DNA of 64,000 nucleotides, taken from the NCBI GenBank assembly GCA_003344405.1, contig NOWV01000020.1:682001-746000 (forward strand), in the 5' to 3' direction. The notes under the pieces were generated by a model. The model had not been told where the DNA came from, searched no databases, and worked only from the letters and a program-made list of their open reading frames with translations. A program made the translations under genes and the position numbers. Below, in pieces: positions 13,077-25,300 of this stretch (positions are counted from its first letter, which is position 1; each line of letters begins with the position of its first letter). Source of the stretch: Trichoplax sp. H2 (Eukaryota).

Positions 13077-15625
13077 TTAATGCCTTTGATGATAAATTGC
13101 TGTATGAACGGAATTGCACTTTTCAAGCTCACTAGTTTTATCGTTTGGCACAATATCCCATAGAACAAGACCACCATTACTCATTCTCTTATAAAGCCTA
13201 CAATTGCCGCCTTCAGCTAATCGTCGTTCTGCTTTTTCCGTTTGATCAGAATGTTCATGAAGTTGTCGGTGCAAATTCCAACTTAAGGGAACTTGTAACA
13301 GAAAAAGGAATTCACAGGTGACTGTATAAAGTTCAGTGACAACCTTTCGCTCTTCTGAAAGACAAGATAATTTAACTTCCTTGTTTTGGAGTACCGAAGT
13401 ATGCAACTTTGAAAGAACATCCAAAACTTTTTTGAGATGGTTGAAAGCATCTTTACCTTTATTTCCGTTGAAAGCATCTTCACCTCTATTTCCGTTCAAA
13501 GCATTCAAGCTTGGATTTGAGGATTCGAAATAGGTCGCTTTTCTTACCATAAATTGAATGGTATTAGAGCAGACCCTCTTCAGTCGATCGCAGAATTCAT
13601 TAAGAAGGGTATCGTCACGAAAACTATTAAAGACTGAAGATATTTTGCTTTGTAGTGCAGAGAGTTGATAGCCACGATTGCGGCGAATAATCGCGTGCAA
13701 GTGATGGGGCTCAAGATCGGAGTAGTAGGCAATTTGAACTGTGCTTTCAACATAAGACCGAGGGGGTTTGGTCCGTTCAGCTATTGAGTTAGGAGAATCT
13801 GTTCCTTCTTCTGGTGTATCTTTAAAGTGTCTAAGTTCAGTATATCTTTTTTCACGAGATTTGATTTCATCCCTCAAATCATCAGCAAACTTTCCATTTG
13901 TACCCATCAACCACGAGGTATATTCCTTCTGGAAGTCGTTAAGCTGTGGAAGATTATCAGGTAATTGGCGATCTGAATACTGTTGGCATAGCTTGATTAA
14001 CTGATCGAGTACATTGCACTGATTGTAGATTCCAAGATAACGATGTTTGCACTTCAACATTGTAAGGCATTCTTGAACCGTTGAACTGTCACCATAATTG
14101 TTTTCGCCAGCTGAGTCAAAAGCGCTAAAAGCTTTTCGGAACGTTTCGGCCATAACATTTTCGGTTGGAAAATGCGCTTCGTAGGGAAGGTTCTGAAAGA
14201 ACTTTTTAAAGGCGGCTTCAAGTGCTTGTCTTCTGTCCTCTGTTTGATTTTGTTCGTAGGAGCGTAGTAGTTCAAAGACATCGCTATATCGAGATTTTAA
14301 ATGAGGAAACGGAATTTCCCGTGCTAAACTGCCCCAACCTTTCAGTGCTTCCCAATCGATATCTCCTTCATGGGTTGTTGGAAAAGATTGGGTTGAAAGG
14401 AATGTAAATGCTGCACTTTCAAATTTTTTACAGAAATCAAGTATTTTATTAAATTCTTTAATCTGTTTTTCAAGGTCATTTAGTGCACTCTGTAGGGCAC
14501 GCGGATTCTTTTCATGGACCCAGATCTTAAACTGACAATCGGGATGATCAAAGCGAAATCCTCGGAAGTTGGGGCTTGTAGAACTTTCATTCCATGTTGC
14601 AGAGAGCCGTTCGAGTACAAAGAAGGGGTGATGTAGGGGTTGTTTTTCTGTGATAAGGGTTTCCCAATCAACTGTCGTTGTGCCAAGGAGGTTACGTTCT
14701 TCATTCCATTTTCCTGCAAAGCAAATGAAAGGAGGAATCCCATCAAGCTCCCATTCTTCTTGTCTGTCAAAACACCATTTGCTAGCATTTTTTTTATAAA
14801 CATCAACAACCTTTGCTTTTCTTTTAAGACTATCTAGGGCTGTAGAAGAAAGTGCAAGAGTTCCACACATTCCTTCTTGAATTTTGTTCACTCCAGAAGA
14901 ATCAACTGATCCCATACGACCATCATAAAAAGGTAATCCTTTACTTGCTGAAAGAAGAACAAAAAAGCCATCAGGCAGTACATACAAATAAGTAGTGACA
15001 ACTTTGGTATTGTCAGTTCCATTTCCTAGCGTCGTTGGAAAGAGTTCGTTCCAAAGAGAATCAAATTGTTTATGAGTGGTACTCGGCATTTTTATAAGTG
15101 CTTTTTTGATGATGATGGTTACGTTGTTCAAAAGCGAGTTGGTTCCGAAAAAGATGAGATGTAAATTTCTGTACTCCTGCACGAGGTCCAGCACCAAAAA
15201 AAATAAGTGTGGTCACGTGAGTCTTGATTGAGAGTTTAGCATTGTGAGTGGCTAGACCAATCATTATAACAGAAGCTGGACCATGTAGGTAGTGTAATTG
15301 ACGTTGACTGAATCGTTGCTTAAAGGTAAGGGGATGTGTATAAGAGCAAGTAGAATTTAGAACAGATGCTAAGGCAATTCCATAGCATTGATTTAGCAAA
15401 GAATCACTTTGTAAAGCCGATTTATGCCAAAAGTAATAATACCGTAGTTACTAAATAATTAGTAATTTACTTTATTTATTTACTTTATTATTTAATTTAT
15501 TTAGGAAGTTACTAAATAATTAGTAATTATTGCCAAAAGTAATAATACCCGTAGAAAATAAATTGATTGAAGCGGCGACCGCTGAACTCAAAGCAGCCAT
15601 CTAATCCTCCTATAAAAATTGCCAT
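13077..15625 (-). pseudogene. Large bacterial-type hypothetical protein (soluble, helical, effector-like); 5' part disrupted, 3' ~2.1 kb intact
   Basis: The 706-codon open frame (13077-15197) overlaps a different-frame ORF (15070-15399) around an A8 run at 15196-15203, suggesting a frameshift. Removing the insertion at 15448-15530 plus one flanking repeat copy joins that frame to an ATG at 15625 (MAIFIGGLDG...YYYFWHKSALQSDSLLNQ). Confidence 0.6.
15425..15554. repeat. 83-bp AT-rich insertion flanked by a 23/24-bp direct duplication
   Basis: TGCCAAAAGTAATAATACC(C)GTAG at 15425-15447 and 15531-15554. The insert carries TTACTAAATAATTAGTAATT twice (15448-15467, 15509-15528). Confidence 0.85.
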
Positions 15626-15715
15626 AAAACAGGATAATTAGAAAAAAGAATTAAAACAAGGATAGATTTTACGTTCATTGGAGTTTTTGGATAGGTTCAT
15701 TGGTGACACAATCTG

Positions 15716-17445
15716 GTGAATAAATCGCAGTTTCCGGTATACTGGAAAAAAAATTTTATGCTATACGTTAATGGTAAGCTTCACTCTGAGAAAAACCTTC
15801 CAGGAATCATCCATTTTGATGAAAATCACACCATTACAGAAGTTCAAGAGTACAATCAAGGCGTTCTTCATGGGGATCATATTCAATACCATCCAAATGA
15901 AAGACAAAGTTATCAAGTACGCTATGTCAATGGAAAGAAAGAAGGGATGGAAAAGTGCTTTAATTCTAGTGAAGGAGAGTACGTTGACGGAAAGATGGTT
16001 GGAAAGCATTGGAAAAAACATGAAAATGGAACGATGGCTTTCCTCGCAACTTATGATAAAAAAGGATTACTCAAAGAACCGATTCGCGAATTTGATGAAA
16101 ATGGTCAAAAGATTGCTGAGTACTCTAGAAATCCTGAAGGGCAGTTTCATGGAAAATTTCAATCTTGGTTTTCTGATGGAAAGCTACTAACCGACGGCTA
16201 TTATGTTAATGGAGAACTTGAAGGTGAATATGTCCAACACTTTCCTTCAGGTCAGGTAAAACTTAATGGGAATTACAAAAACCAATTAAAAGATGGCCTT
16301 TTCCAAGAGTGGTATGAAGATGGCAAACTTGCTTTTAGAGGAACGTTTAGCCAAGGCAATCGCAATGGAGAGTTCTGCGATTGGTATTCCAATGGGCAAA
16401 TGAAAACTCAGAGAAACTTCAAAGACTCCTTATTTCATGGAGACCAGAAAGATTAGCATGAAGACGGAGCTCTCAGCGTTGAGGCCCGTTATGAAATGGG
16501 CAAAAAAGATGGAACTTTTACATCATGCAATCCAAAAGGGATCCTTCTTTTTGAAGGCGTTTTTGACGAAGATAGACCTATTGGAACACATACTGCCTAC
16601 TATGATTCTGGACAAAAGTTGGAGATCTTTCACTTCTTGGATGGAAAGCAGGAAGGAAAGCATGACCAGTACTACTAAAATGGTTAAAATTAAATTGAGC
16701 GAAACCTTTAAAAATGATCTTATTGAGGGAGAAGCTCTAGGTTATTTTGAAGATGGAAGTGAAGCGTTTATTAGAAATGCCAAAGAAGGAAAGCCTGTTG
16801 GGGTTCAAAAAGAATTTTATCCTCCTTGTAAAGGGATCAAAGGAACACTATCCAGTCTTTATTTCCATAATGACAAGGGTGAGCTTCATGGAGAACAGAA
16901 GTCTTATTATCCCAATGGAATTGTTCAAACATCGATTGGCTATGAGAATGGTCAGCTGCATGGATTAAAAGGTTTATGGGATCAAGAAAGCAACCTTCTT
17001 GAAGAATACAAATACATAAAAGGCAAATTGGAAGGGCGCCACTTTGAAAAAGATCAAGAGGGACCAGAAATTGTTTATCATTACAAAAATAATAAACGAG
17101 AGGGTCCACACTATATCCACTATCCTTTAGATGTGACTGAAGGAGAAAAGGTCAAAGCCATTGAAGGAACTTACCTAAACAACAAGATCCGTGGTAAAGT
17201 CACTGAATACGATCCTAGTGGGGCAAAGATTAGTATCACGGCCTACAAAAATGGAAAGAAAGATGGAGATTCAGAGCTTTTCCATAGAAATGGTCGGATA
17301 GCTATTCGGTTAACATTCAAAGACGATTTAAGAGAGGGTTCTTCCTATCAGTACTATGCTTCAGGTCAGCTTTACAGAGAAGTTGAGTTTGTAAAAGATC
17401 AGAAGGAAGAATAGGAAAAAACTTACTTTGAAGATGGTACTGTCG
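15716..17445 (+). pseudogene. MORN2 / YwqK-like repeat protein, bacterial, fragmented
   Basis: Many YxNGxxxG / Y(Y/F)xxG repeats. In-frame TAG at 16454-16456, TAA at 16676-16678, a frameshift near 16685 and TAG at 17412-17414. The repeat pattern continues (EKTYFEDGTV) to ~17445 and then stops abruptly. Confidence 0.85.
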
Positions 17446-20400
17446 AATTTACAATTGTCCCATTTGTACAGTACAAGTGTACATCTGTACCGTATTCAAG
17501 AAATCAACTGGCTTTTGAAGTTGTTTATAGCAACGAAAGAATTTACATATATATAATAGTTAATCATCCACGATAGTTCGGTATAGTACAGTACAGTTAT
17601 GCATTTATTGAGCCATCTTCATGCGAGCATTTAGGGTTGTTCACGCAGTTACAGTTTTGAACTGCAGCATTACGGCATATCAGCATTGATAAATTCAACA
17701 CTAAAGGCAAATGTTGAACCAATCCCAAATTTCGTTTTGTTCATTAAATTATTATAATTGTAACGATTACAGGGTGTCGAAATTTTAAGGTAGTAGCATT
17801 TTATTTTATTTAATTTATACTATCAGCTTGTAGGGAAAATACGTTATAATCATTGAATATTCAATTATGAATCGTAGTAAGTGCGTTTCAGGATATTTTT
17901 GGATTTAGCCTTCAATAGATAGTGTACGTATACCATCTATTTTCTTTCATATGGTACTTTTACAATTTTGTTTTCAAGTCTCAGGCTGAAAGTGGACGCT
18001 CAAAGTCGGAGCGCATGTATAGATCGAAATTGTGAAAATCATTTTCATTACTTTGTATGAATTTAGCTTTATATTTGTATCACTTCTTAAACAACTACAC
18101 CTGCAAGCCTTTAAAGTGCAATAAAATTACAAATATTGACAAGATAGACTGATTTGTTCCCCAGGAATAAATCCCTTGATCAAATTTTTACAGTTAGTGT
18201 AGTCGGTGTATTACAGTACTGCAAGATGCATAGTCACACAGTGACCATGGTAAGAATATTCGATTTGGTGACATTCACTAATGTTTGTGAAATTGTGAAC
18301 ATGTAAGTAAGCTTCCAAGCTGTAACTGCAATCGCCTGTCGACAACACTTTTAGAATCAATATGCCTAAAAATTTCCTATAACCAATTGCTAGTTTAGAG
18401 TCGGCAGTGATATATAAAGTAAAAAGGACCAGTACAGTACGTTGAAGCATGACAGGCGAGGAATCGACGAGCTGATCATAATAACGAAACATAGATTTCC
18501 ATGATTAATTATGGACTGTGGTCATAGTATTATCCGTCTTAATAATAGTAGTAGATGTATTAATAGTTATGATTTAAAAGATATTTCAATTCCTCTCTTA
18601 AATAAATTATATGGTAATAGCAAGAGTGAAATCAGCTTAAAATTTATACGTGAGCCCGGTGAACTTATTTTAATTTATGTTTCATATAAAATTGGACGTA
18701 TAAATTTTGAACTAAAGCTAATAATTATACCCTGTAATAATTTCAGCTAATTAAAGCAGTTTTGTGTTAGAAAAATATAGCGATAGTACAGCATGTAGTA
18801 TAGTACATACCATAAGTGTCCTTCATTTTCCTATCGAACTGCTTAACAATTGATATTAATATGTACTACATACAATTTACTTATGTGATAGGAAGTACTA
18901 TTAACTATCCATATGTATGGGATCCTGTTAGAATAAATAGAGAATAGGGTTTAGTATCATCATTGTTATAAATCTCTTTAGGAAGTTTGTTATAAATTTT
19001 GAAATATTTATTATTAATCAATCGGAGTACGTAGTTACTCTATTCATCTTTGAAAATAGCTTCATGTACCAGATTTATATAAGTAATATATACTGATTAA
19101 TATATTTTCAGTAAAGCTAAGGTTTTGGTATGTTATGACCGATGCTATAATACAAGAATATAACGTAAAGTATCTGTGCTTTATCTATTTGGACACAGCA
19201 AGCCTACTTCATAGCTTATAACTTATTAGGATAACCCTTTTAATATCAGTTTTTATGTTTAAAACTATAAAATTGTATCCAGGTTATGCCACGGCCTTCT
19301 ATTGAAGAGATACTGATATAATTATAATTTATTTTTATTTTCGACATTATCCGAAGATTCAAAAAGAAGAACTATCAGATTTAAATACTAAGTTTAGGCC
19401 AATATCGATAAATTTATTGTCAGTAAAGCTTAAGCTTTTAATAATACAGTACAAGAAGATAGTGAAAAGTATCTTTAGTTTTTCCAACTTGACATAGCAA
19501 AGCTGCTTCATATAGCATATAATCTGTTAGAACCGCCCTTTTAATACTAATTTTCTATGATGATATTTTTTCGATGCTATTTTTGCATTTATTTTTTTAC
19601 AGACAATATTTTTAATCAAGGTGGACAACTTTGCTTTAACCAGCTCAACAGAACCACTTGTTATGCTAAGATATATCAACATGACAATGCCATTAAATTG
19701 CTAGTAATTTTAGCGCCATTTACGGTAGTCAAGCTGTATCGTTTCAAGAATCATATTTCATCCATAATTTGTCATTAAATTGGAAGATTGTCGACATACA
19801 GCTGTCACAAAACAGCTTTCGTGATCGTACCTAAACTAGTCTAATCTACTCTTATGGTTCTCCTACTAACTCCGGAGATCCTCAGTAAGGGAAAACTAAC
19901 TTATTCCTATACTATAGTAATCGAGTCAAACGATAGGCTTAGGTTAATAAATTTCTTTATTACTAGCCCATTTACGTTTGTACTAGTGTACTCTACGTTA
20001 ACCTCAGTGGAACTGAGATTAAAAATTAATAATCAAGCTTATATACAGTTTCATATGTCACAAAAATAACCCCGGTGCTAATCTTTCATATTAAATTATA
20101 TAATGTGCAATATAGGCTTATTATAGATCCGACTAGATCGAGTGTTACTTAATACTTGCCACTAATTAATATTATTAATTAGCACCTTATTAAGTAACAT
20201 TATAATCTTCACAGCTTGAGATTTTAATTGCTAACACAATATCCACTCTGTATATTACTACGATAATTAATAACAAAACTCAGTTAACAACTAGGTTGTT
20301 GTCGAGATCGGCAACCTCCATAATAACATTATTACACATATTAGATCAAAATACTATTCTTTTCTGAGCGAACTCCGTCACAACAGCAAACTGTGAAAAT

Positions 20401-22359
20401 TACTTTATTTTCGTCATAATTACCTAGCGTGGATTAAATAGCTAGACTTCATTCTTGATATGATATATCAAAAACCAGAAATAACCTGTAGATTTGATAT
20501 CTTGGTTTGATTCTTGACCAGCTTATAGACTGCTCATACACAGCTTGTTACGATTGATTTTTTGCTTACTGAAATTAACGTTTATTGATTACTGGAGCAA
20601 ACAACAATTTATATTAGATATTTTAATTAACTAGGCAATTATTATTTCGGAGCTTGGATCCGTAACACTGAAACACTCATAGCATGGACTATGTAATAAG
20701 ACAGAGAGAAACCTTATCAATGTAGTTAGTCAGGGATTGTTACTATACACGCCTTCTGCCGCCGCGAATACCGTGTTAAAAGAGAAAGAACAGCACACAC
20801 ACTATGCCAAAATTATACGGAAGTAATAATATGTTAGAATTGAACTGAATTTATTAGAAGTTATGCTGATCACAATACTTGAAATCATAAGAAGTGAGTT
20901 TACACTATACAGAGCACTATACTCTAATATGTAAGTATGTAGTACAGCCCTAAATAAGCTTAAGACTAAGATTCTAGAATTATAGGAAAAAAGATAAATT
21001 GTACGCTAAATATTACAAGATTGTATAAGTGTCTAATTATGGAAGATGCTAACAGTACATATTGTAGAAATTCTATTGAGATGCTTATATTAAGATTCTT
21101 AGATAATAATAGATTGGTCTAAATATGCTACTACAGTGAGATTTGTTTTGCGACACTTCAATTAGAAGCGCAAATTATTAATCGATAGCGCGATAGTAAA
21201 TTTAGGCATGACTTTGTAACTTAAGAGAGGATTAAAAAAATTATTGTTATCATAATCATCAAAGCGACTACTATAATTAACAGAGTATTATTATATCATT
21301 AATATCTTTTAAATAGTCTCCGGTAGGTTTATTCATAGGAAGGAAACTACTACTCAAATAGGAAGAACTTAAATGGAGATGCTGCCTATTCGAAATGAAA
21401 ATAAACTTGAGCTTGCTTAACCTACTTTCGAATTTAATGACATGTAGAAACATAGAATATGCTATGAACCTTTAGTAAAGCTAAGAATGATATGACTGAA
21501 CTAGGTCATTGTCTTACCTAATTGTTCGTAAAATTGATATTGTACAGTATATAATTTTTTCTTAGGATAGAAATCACTTTTGAGCATTCAGGTGTATCAA
21601 TCTTGGAAAAATAGCTCATGATACCCAATTTTTCGGTTATATCCCTTGCTTGATAGATGTACCATAGGACATTTGCAGAGTCGTGAAAAATCAACTTAAT
21701 ATGTGCCATATTAATACTATACGGCTTGGCATAATTCAAAATCCTTTACTGTTACTAGTCTTCATGATGATACAATTTGCAATAAGAGACATTTTCAGAT
21801 CTTCGCTACAAGTCCAGTTTTTAAGACATGCGCCTATCACGGATGGCAATTCATATCTAATGTAGATATAATTTCATGGATGAGATTTCGGCTATTTTAG
21901 TGTTTATATCGTATGTTTTTTCAATTTATTTCCATGTAGAAATTACTCTATCGTCCGTTATTTATTTGTTTAAATTATTAATGTTGCTGCTGCTCCTAGG
22001 TTTTAAAAGAAATTACTCTAAAGTATCGTAGTCTTTACCATAGAGTATTCAATAATTATAGCTTCAATTGCTATCGTCACCCATTTCTTAACATTTGTGA
22101 ATTACTATTTTTTTACTTTACTTTAAAAATCAACTGTTTTATCAACTAAGGGTAATTTAGCGGATCCTTAATTTCAAAGGCTTTGTCATTTTTTGATGCC
22201 GAAATAGTTAAACTTAAACTCCATAAGTTCTTTCTCTATTTAAATCAAGTAATAGCATAAAATTAGGTAGCTTCTCGCATTGGAAGCTGTAGACAATAAT
22301 CTATGGAAGGTTTGGAAAGGAATGATTCTACAAACAATTTTCTGTAGCATGCTTCTTCG

Positions 22360-25300
22360 TTAGAATTTAACTACTAATCTAAGTGGCCGATGAGAAGTAG
22401 TAATTTTAGATGGTAAATTTTTAATCCTTTTTATTGGTCCTTCCCTTTTGTTGCCAGCATTATAGACAAGGAATAATTCATAATTATCACCCTTATCGCA
22501 CATTGTCTCCCATTCTTTTTCTGTAATATTAAAGGACGCGTTATCATGATAAGTGGTCGATTTAACTTCGACGTACGACTCTTTGCCATTCTTAGTAATT
22601 TTTATATCATATGGTTTTTTACTTTCATTTTCATAGTTTTCCCAGACAATTTTATACGTTACTTTTTTATCATTCTTATCGTACCCAGATAGAGTATACG
22701 AATTACCATCAGTGTCAACATGGAATTCTTTAAGGTCTCTCTTATAGTAGTCCTGAAGATATAAATAAGCAAATTTTTCGCCCCATTTACCAATTTCCTG
22801 ATTACTTGCTTTAGATATTTCAGAATTCTCCTGTTTTTCATTTGCTCTTGGAATGCTACATGGTGATTGCTTATTTGGGTCTGTATGGATAGATGACGGC
22901 TGCGATTGGTTAAATGGTTGCTTCGATAATCTCGAAGTAACCCGTTCTCGAGTAATAATTGGAAAATTTGTTGCATGATTTCGACCAGAATTAGGTTTAC
23001 CTAGGTTATCAACTTCGTTAGAATTAACGAATTTCAAATCTTCTAACTTTATCTTTAGGTCCTTATCATTTCTAGGACTCCCTAAGCTATCAGACATTTG
23101 TTCTTCAAGCCATTTTGAAAGATCTTCGGGGTCCCAAGTGCAAGATAGCCGACGCAAAACGTCTACGTGAGTTTTTTCTTTTTCTTGGTCTAGATTTGAC
23201 TTTAAATAATTAATTAAAACATCTATAATGTCTTTTAGAAGAATATCTTTAACGAATGATAAATCCTGATCGTAAAGAATAACTTTAGCTGAAAAACGAT
23301 TCTGGTCTTCCTTATCAGGAGATCGTTTTATATACAAGCTATCAACTAGATTAAAATTTATATTCTTTAGACAATTACGCCATTTATCGTAAAGTTGTTT
23401 AATGTAATCTTTTCTTTCATTCACTGAAAGTGTTGTGTACAGTAATAGATTAAATATCAATTGTCTTGTTTTGTCACACGAAAGCGATGAATCCTCTTTT
23501 ATAATAGACCCGTTTATCGATTTTTCATCAATAATCTGGATTGAAAAGTATTTACATATAATTTTCATATTCGCTATTGTTAAGTTATCAGGTCGTTTTA
23601 ACATGTATTGATTAGGTTGAACAAAAGTTTTAGGACAGGATATGAAACAAAGTGATTTAGCCAATTTTAGACTTCCATCTGTCGACGGTAGTTCAATATT
23701 TGCCTTTCGTAGCTTTTCTAAATCTTGGTCATCCCACTGTGATATAATAATCTTTTGATATATGTTACCGAATTTGGTAATATATTCGTTCTCCTTAGTA
23801 GTGATAGCTTCAAATAATTTAATAGCATCTTCAACGCTTAATGTCTTACGGGCTCCTAGTAGGTGCATAAGCTTGCTCGATAGAGTAATAGTGCAGTCAT
23901 CGAATATGGTTTGCATTTGCGGTAATATCCTACCTAGGTCTTCACCTAAATCATCGATAAAAGTTGATTCATTTGTATACAATTGATTCATGCGATAGCA
24001 TTTATCATTAGTTGCTTTAATACATTCAGCTTTGTTAAGCATAAATGTTAAATAGTGTTCGGGGTCATCTTGCTGATTACTATTTAGTTGATTCTTTTTA
24101 ATGTCATCCTTAAATTTTTCAATATTATCAATTATATCTTTCTCCCTACTTTGTAAATATTGAAAGAATATTCTCGCATAATCAGCTTCAGGTAAGCAAT
24201 TTATATAAGGTAGATAAGCAATATGAAACTGAAAGTCATCTGAAAAGGTTAAATGTTGATAATTCTCCAAATAGCATTTATAACATTTAAGATCATCTGC
24301 AGGTATTTTTTTCTTTAGAAGGGTGTTATATGTAGCAGAATCACAAAAAAAATTTAAAGTTTCTAGCACGCCTAATTGTTTTAATGTGTGTTTTAATGTT
24401 GACTTTAAGTTCTCGCTTTGTTCGTCTTCTAGTACTGATTTTAGTTTGTCATAATAATCTTGTGAAACGTAATTGACGTCATGGCATATAGTCGGTGGGT
24501 TTTCAAAGACAATTTCTAATGGTAAATAGCAATCTTTAGCTAATTGCATGGATCCATTAGTTACTGCCAATTTCAAATTTAATAATCCTCCATTCTTGCC
24601 GGATTCAATCTCTAAATTATCGCTAAATTGACATAAAAATACCACAATTTCAATTGAGAAATCTTTATCAATGTCTTCTCCATCTTTTAATAATTTAGCT
24701 ATCTTTTCAATAATAATTTGGTCTTGTATTTCTTTGAGTCCAAGGCTTTCTAAACATGGTTTGGCATCGGGAATATTCAATATATCTTTACTAATAAGAG
24801 TAAGTTGGAGTTTAGCTGCAAATTTTTGATATTTAGGATTAGGTAAGAATAAATTGGAACTTGAAAATAAAATATCATTGTTGGCCAATAAAATTTTTTT
24901 ATCCTTATAATCCTCCCTTTCAGATTCAGATTCAGATTTATTCCACAAACCTATCAACATTTTAATTAACTTTAGGTATTTTTCTCTACCATCTTCTTTT
25001 TTCAAACATTCATCGGCATATATTTCTACTTTTTCGGATAATTCCTTCAGCGAAAACTTACGCATCTCTTTCTTTAGAGCTTTTAAATCGTGATGTACAA
25101 TTTTAGATGCATTATCGTTGTCCAGAAACGAAAATGTCTTGTAGAATTCGATTTCATCTATAATAGCCTCATTGAATTTCAGCAATTTTTTTGGATCTGA
25201 ATCAGACGGAATGAATTCAGTATCTTCCAGAGCTTTTTGAACCCCTTCTTTGTAAGCTTCTTGCAACTCTTTTGGGACATTGTTTCCCAGTTTTTGTTCA

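Larger units (their letters stand above)
12710..17445. other. Bacterial DNA segment embedded in animal sequence (probable endosymbiont-to-host transfer, decaying)
   Basis: Gene-dense, intronless and visibly GC-richer than its flanks. Contains bacterial-type proteins, a stem-loop terminator between convergent genes and an AGGAGG motif. Genes are truncated at both ends and carry nonsense/frameshift lesions. No N gap at either junction. Confidence 0.8.

Noticed and set aside
13283..17109. Short overlapping or antisense ORFs inside the long ORFs (here and within the GHKL genes)
   Set aside because: Shadow frames of real coding sequence with no independent coding signal.
12940..17414. Reassigned TAG codon (alternative genetic code) in the bacterial block or the host
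   Set aside because: The TAGs fall at positions that seem to need different residues and co-occur with a TAA and frameshifts. Copies B and C also use TAG as their true terminal stop (35826, 41968). Random decay fits better.
17768..18736. Tc1/mariner-type MITE bounded by TACAGGGT...ACCCTGTA
   Set aside because: The inverted match is only 8 bp and does not extend; no transposase remnant was seen.
21350..21960. Minus-strand gene fragment downstream of copy A (73-aa ORF)
   Set aside because: Protein-like in places, but broken by stops and with no recognisable motif or clear splice structure; cannot be supported as a feature.
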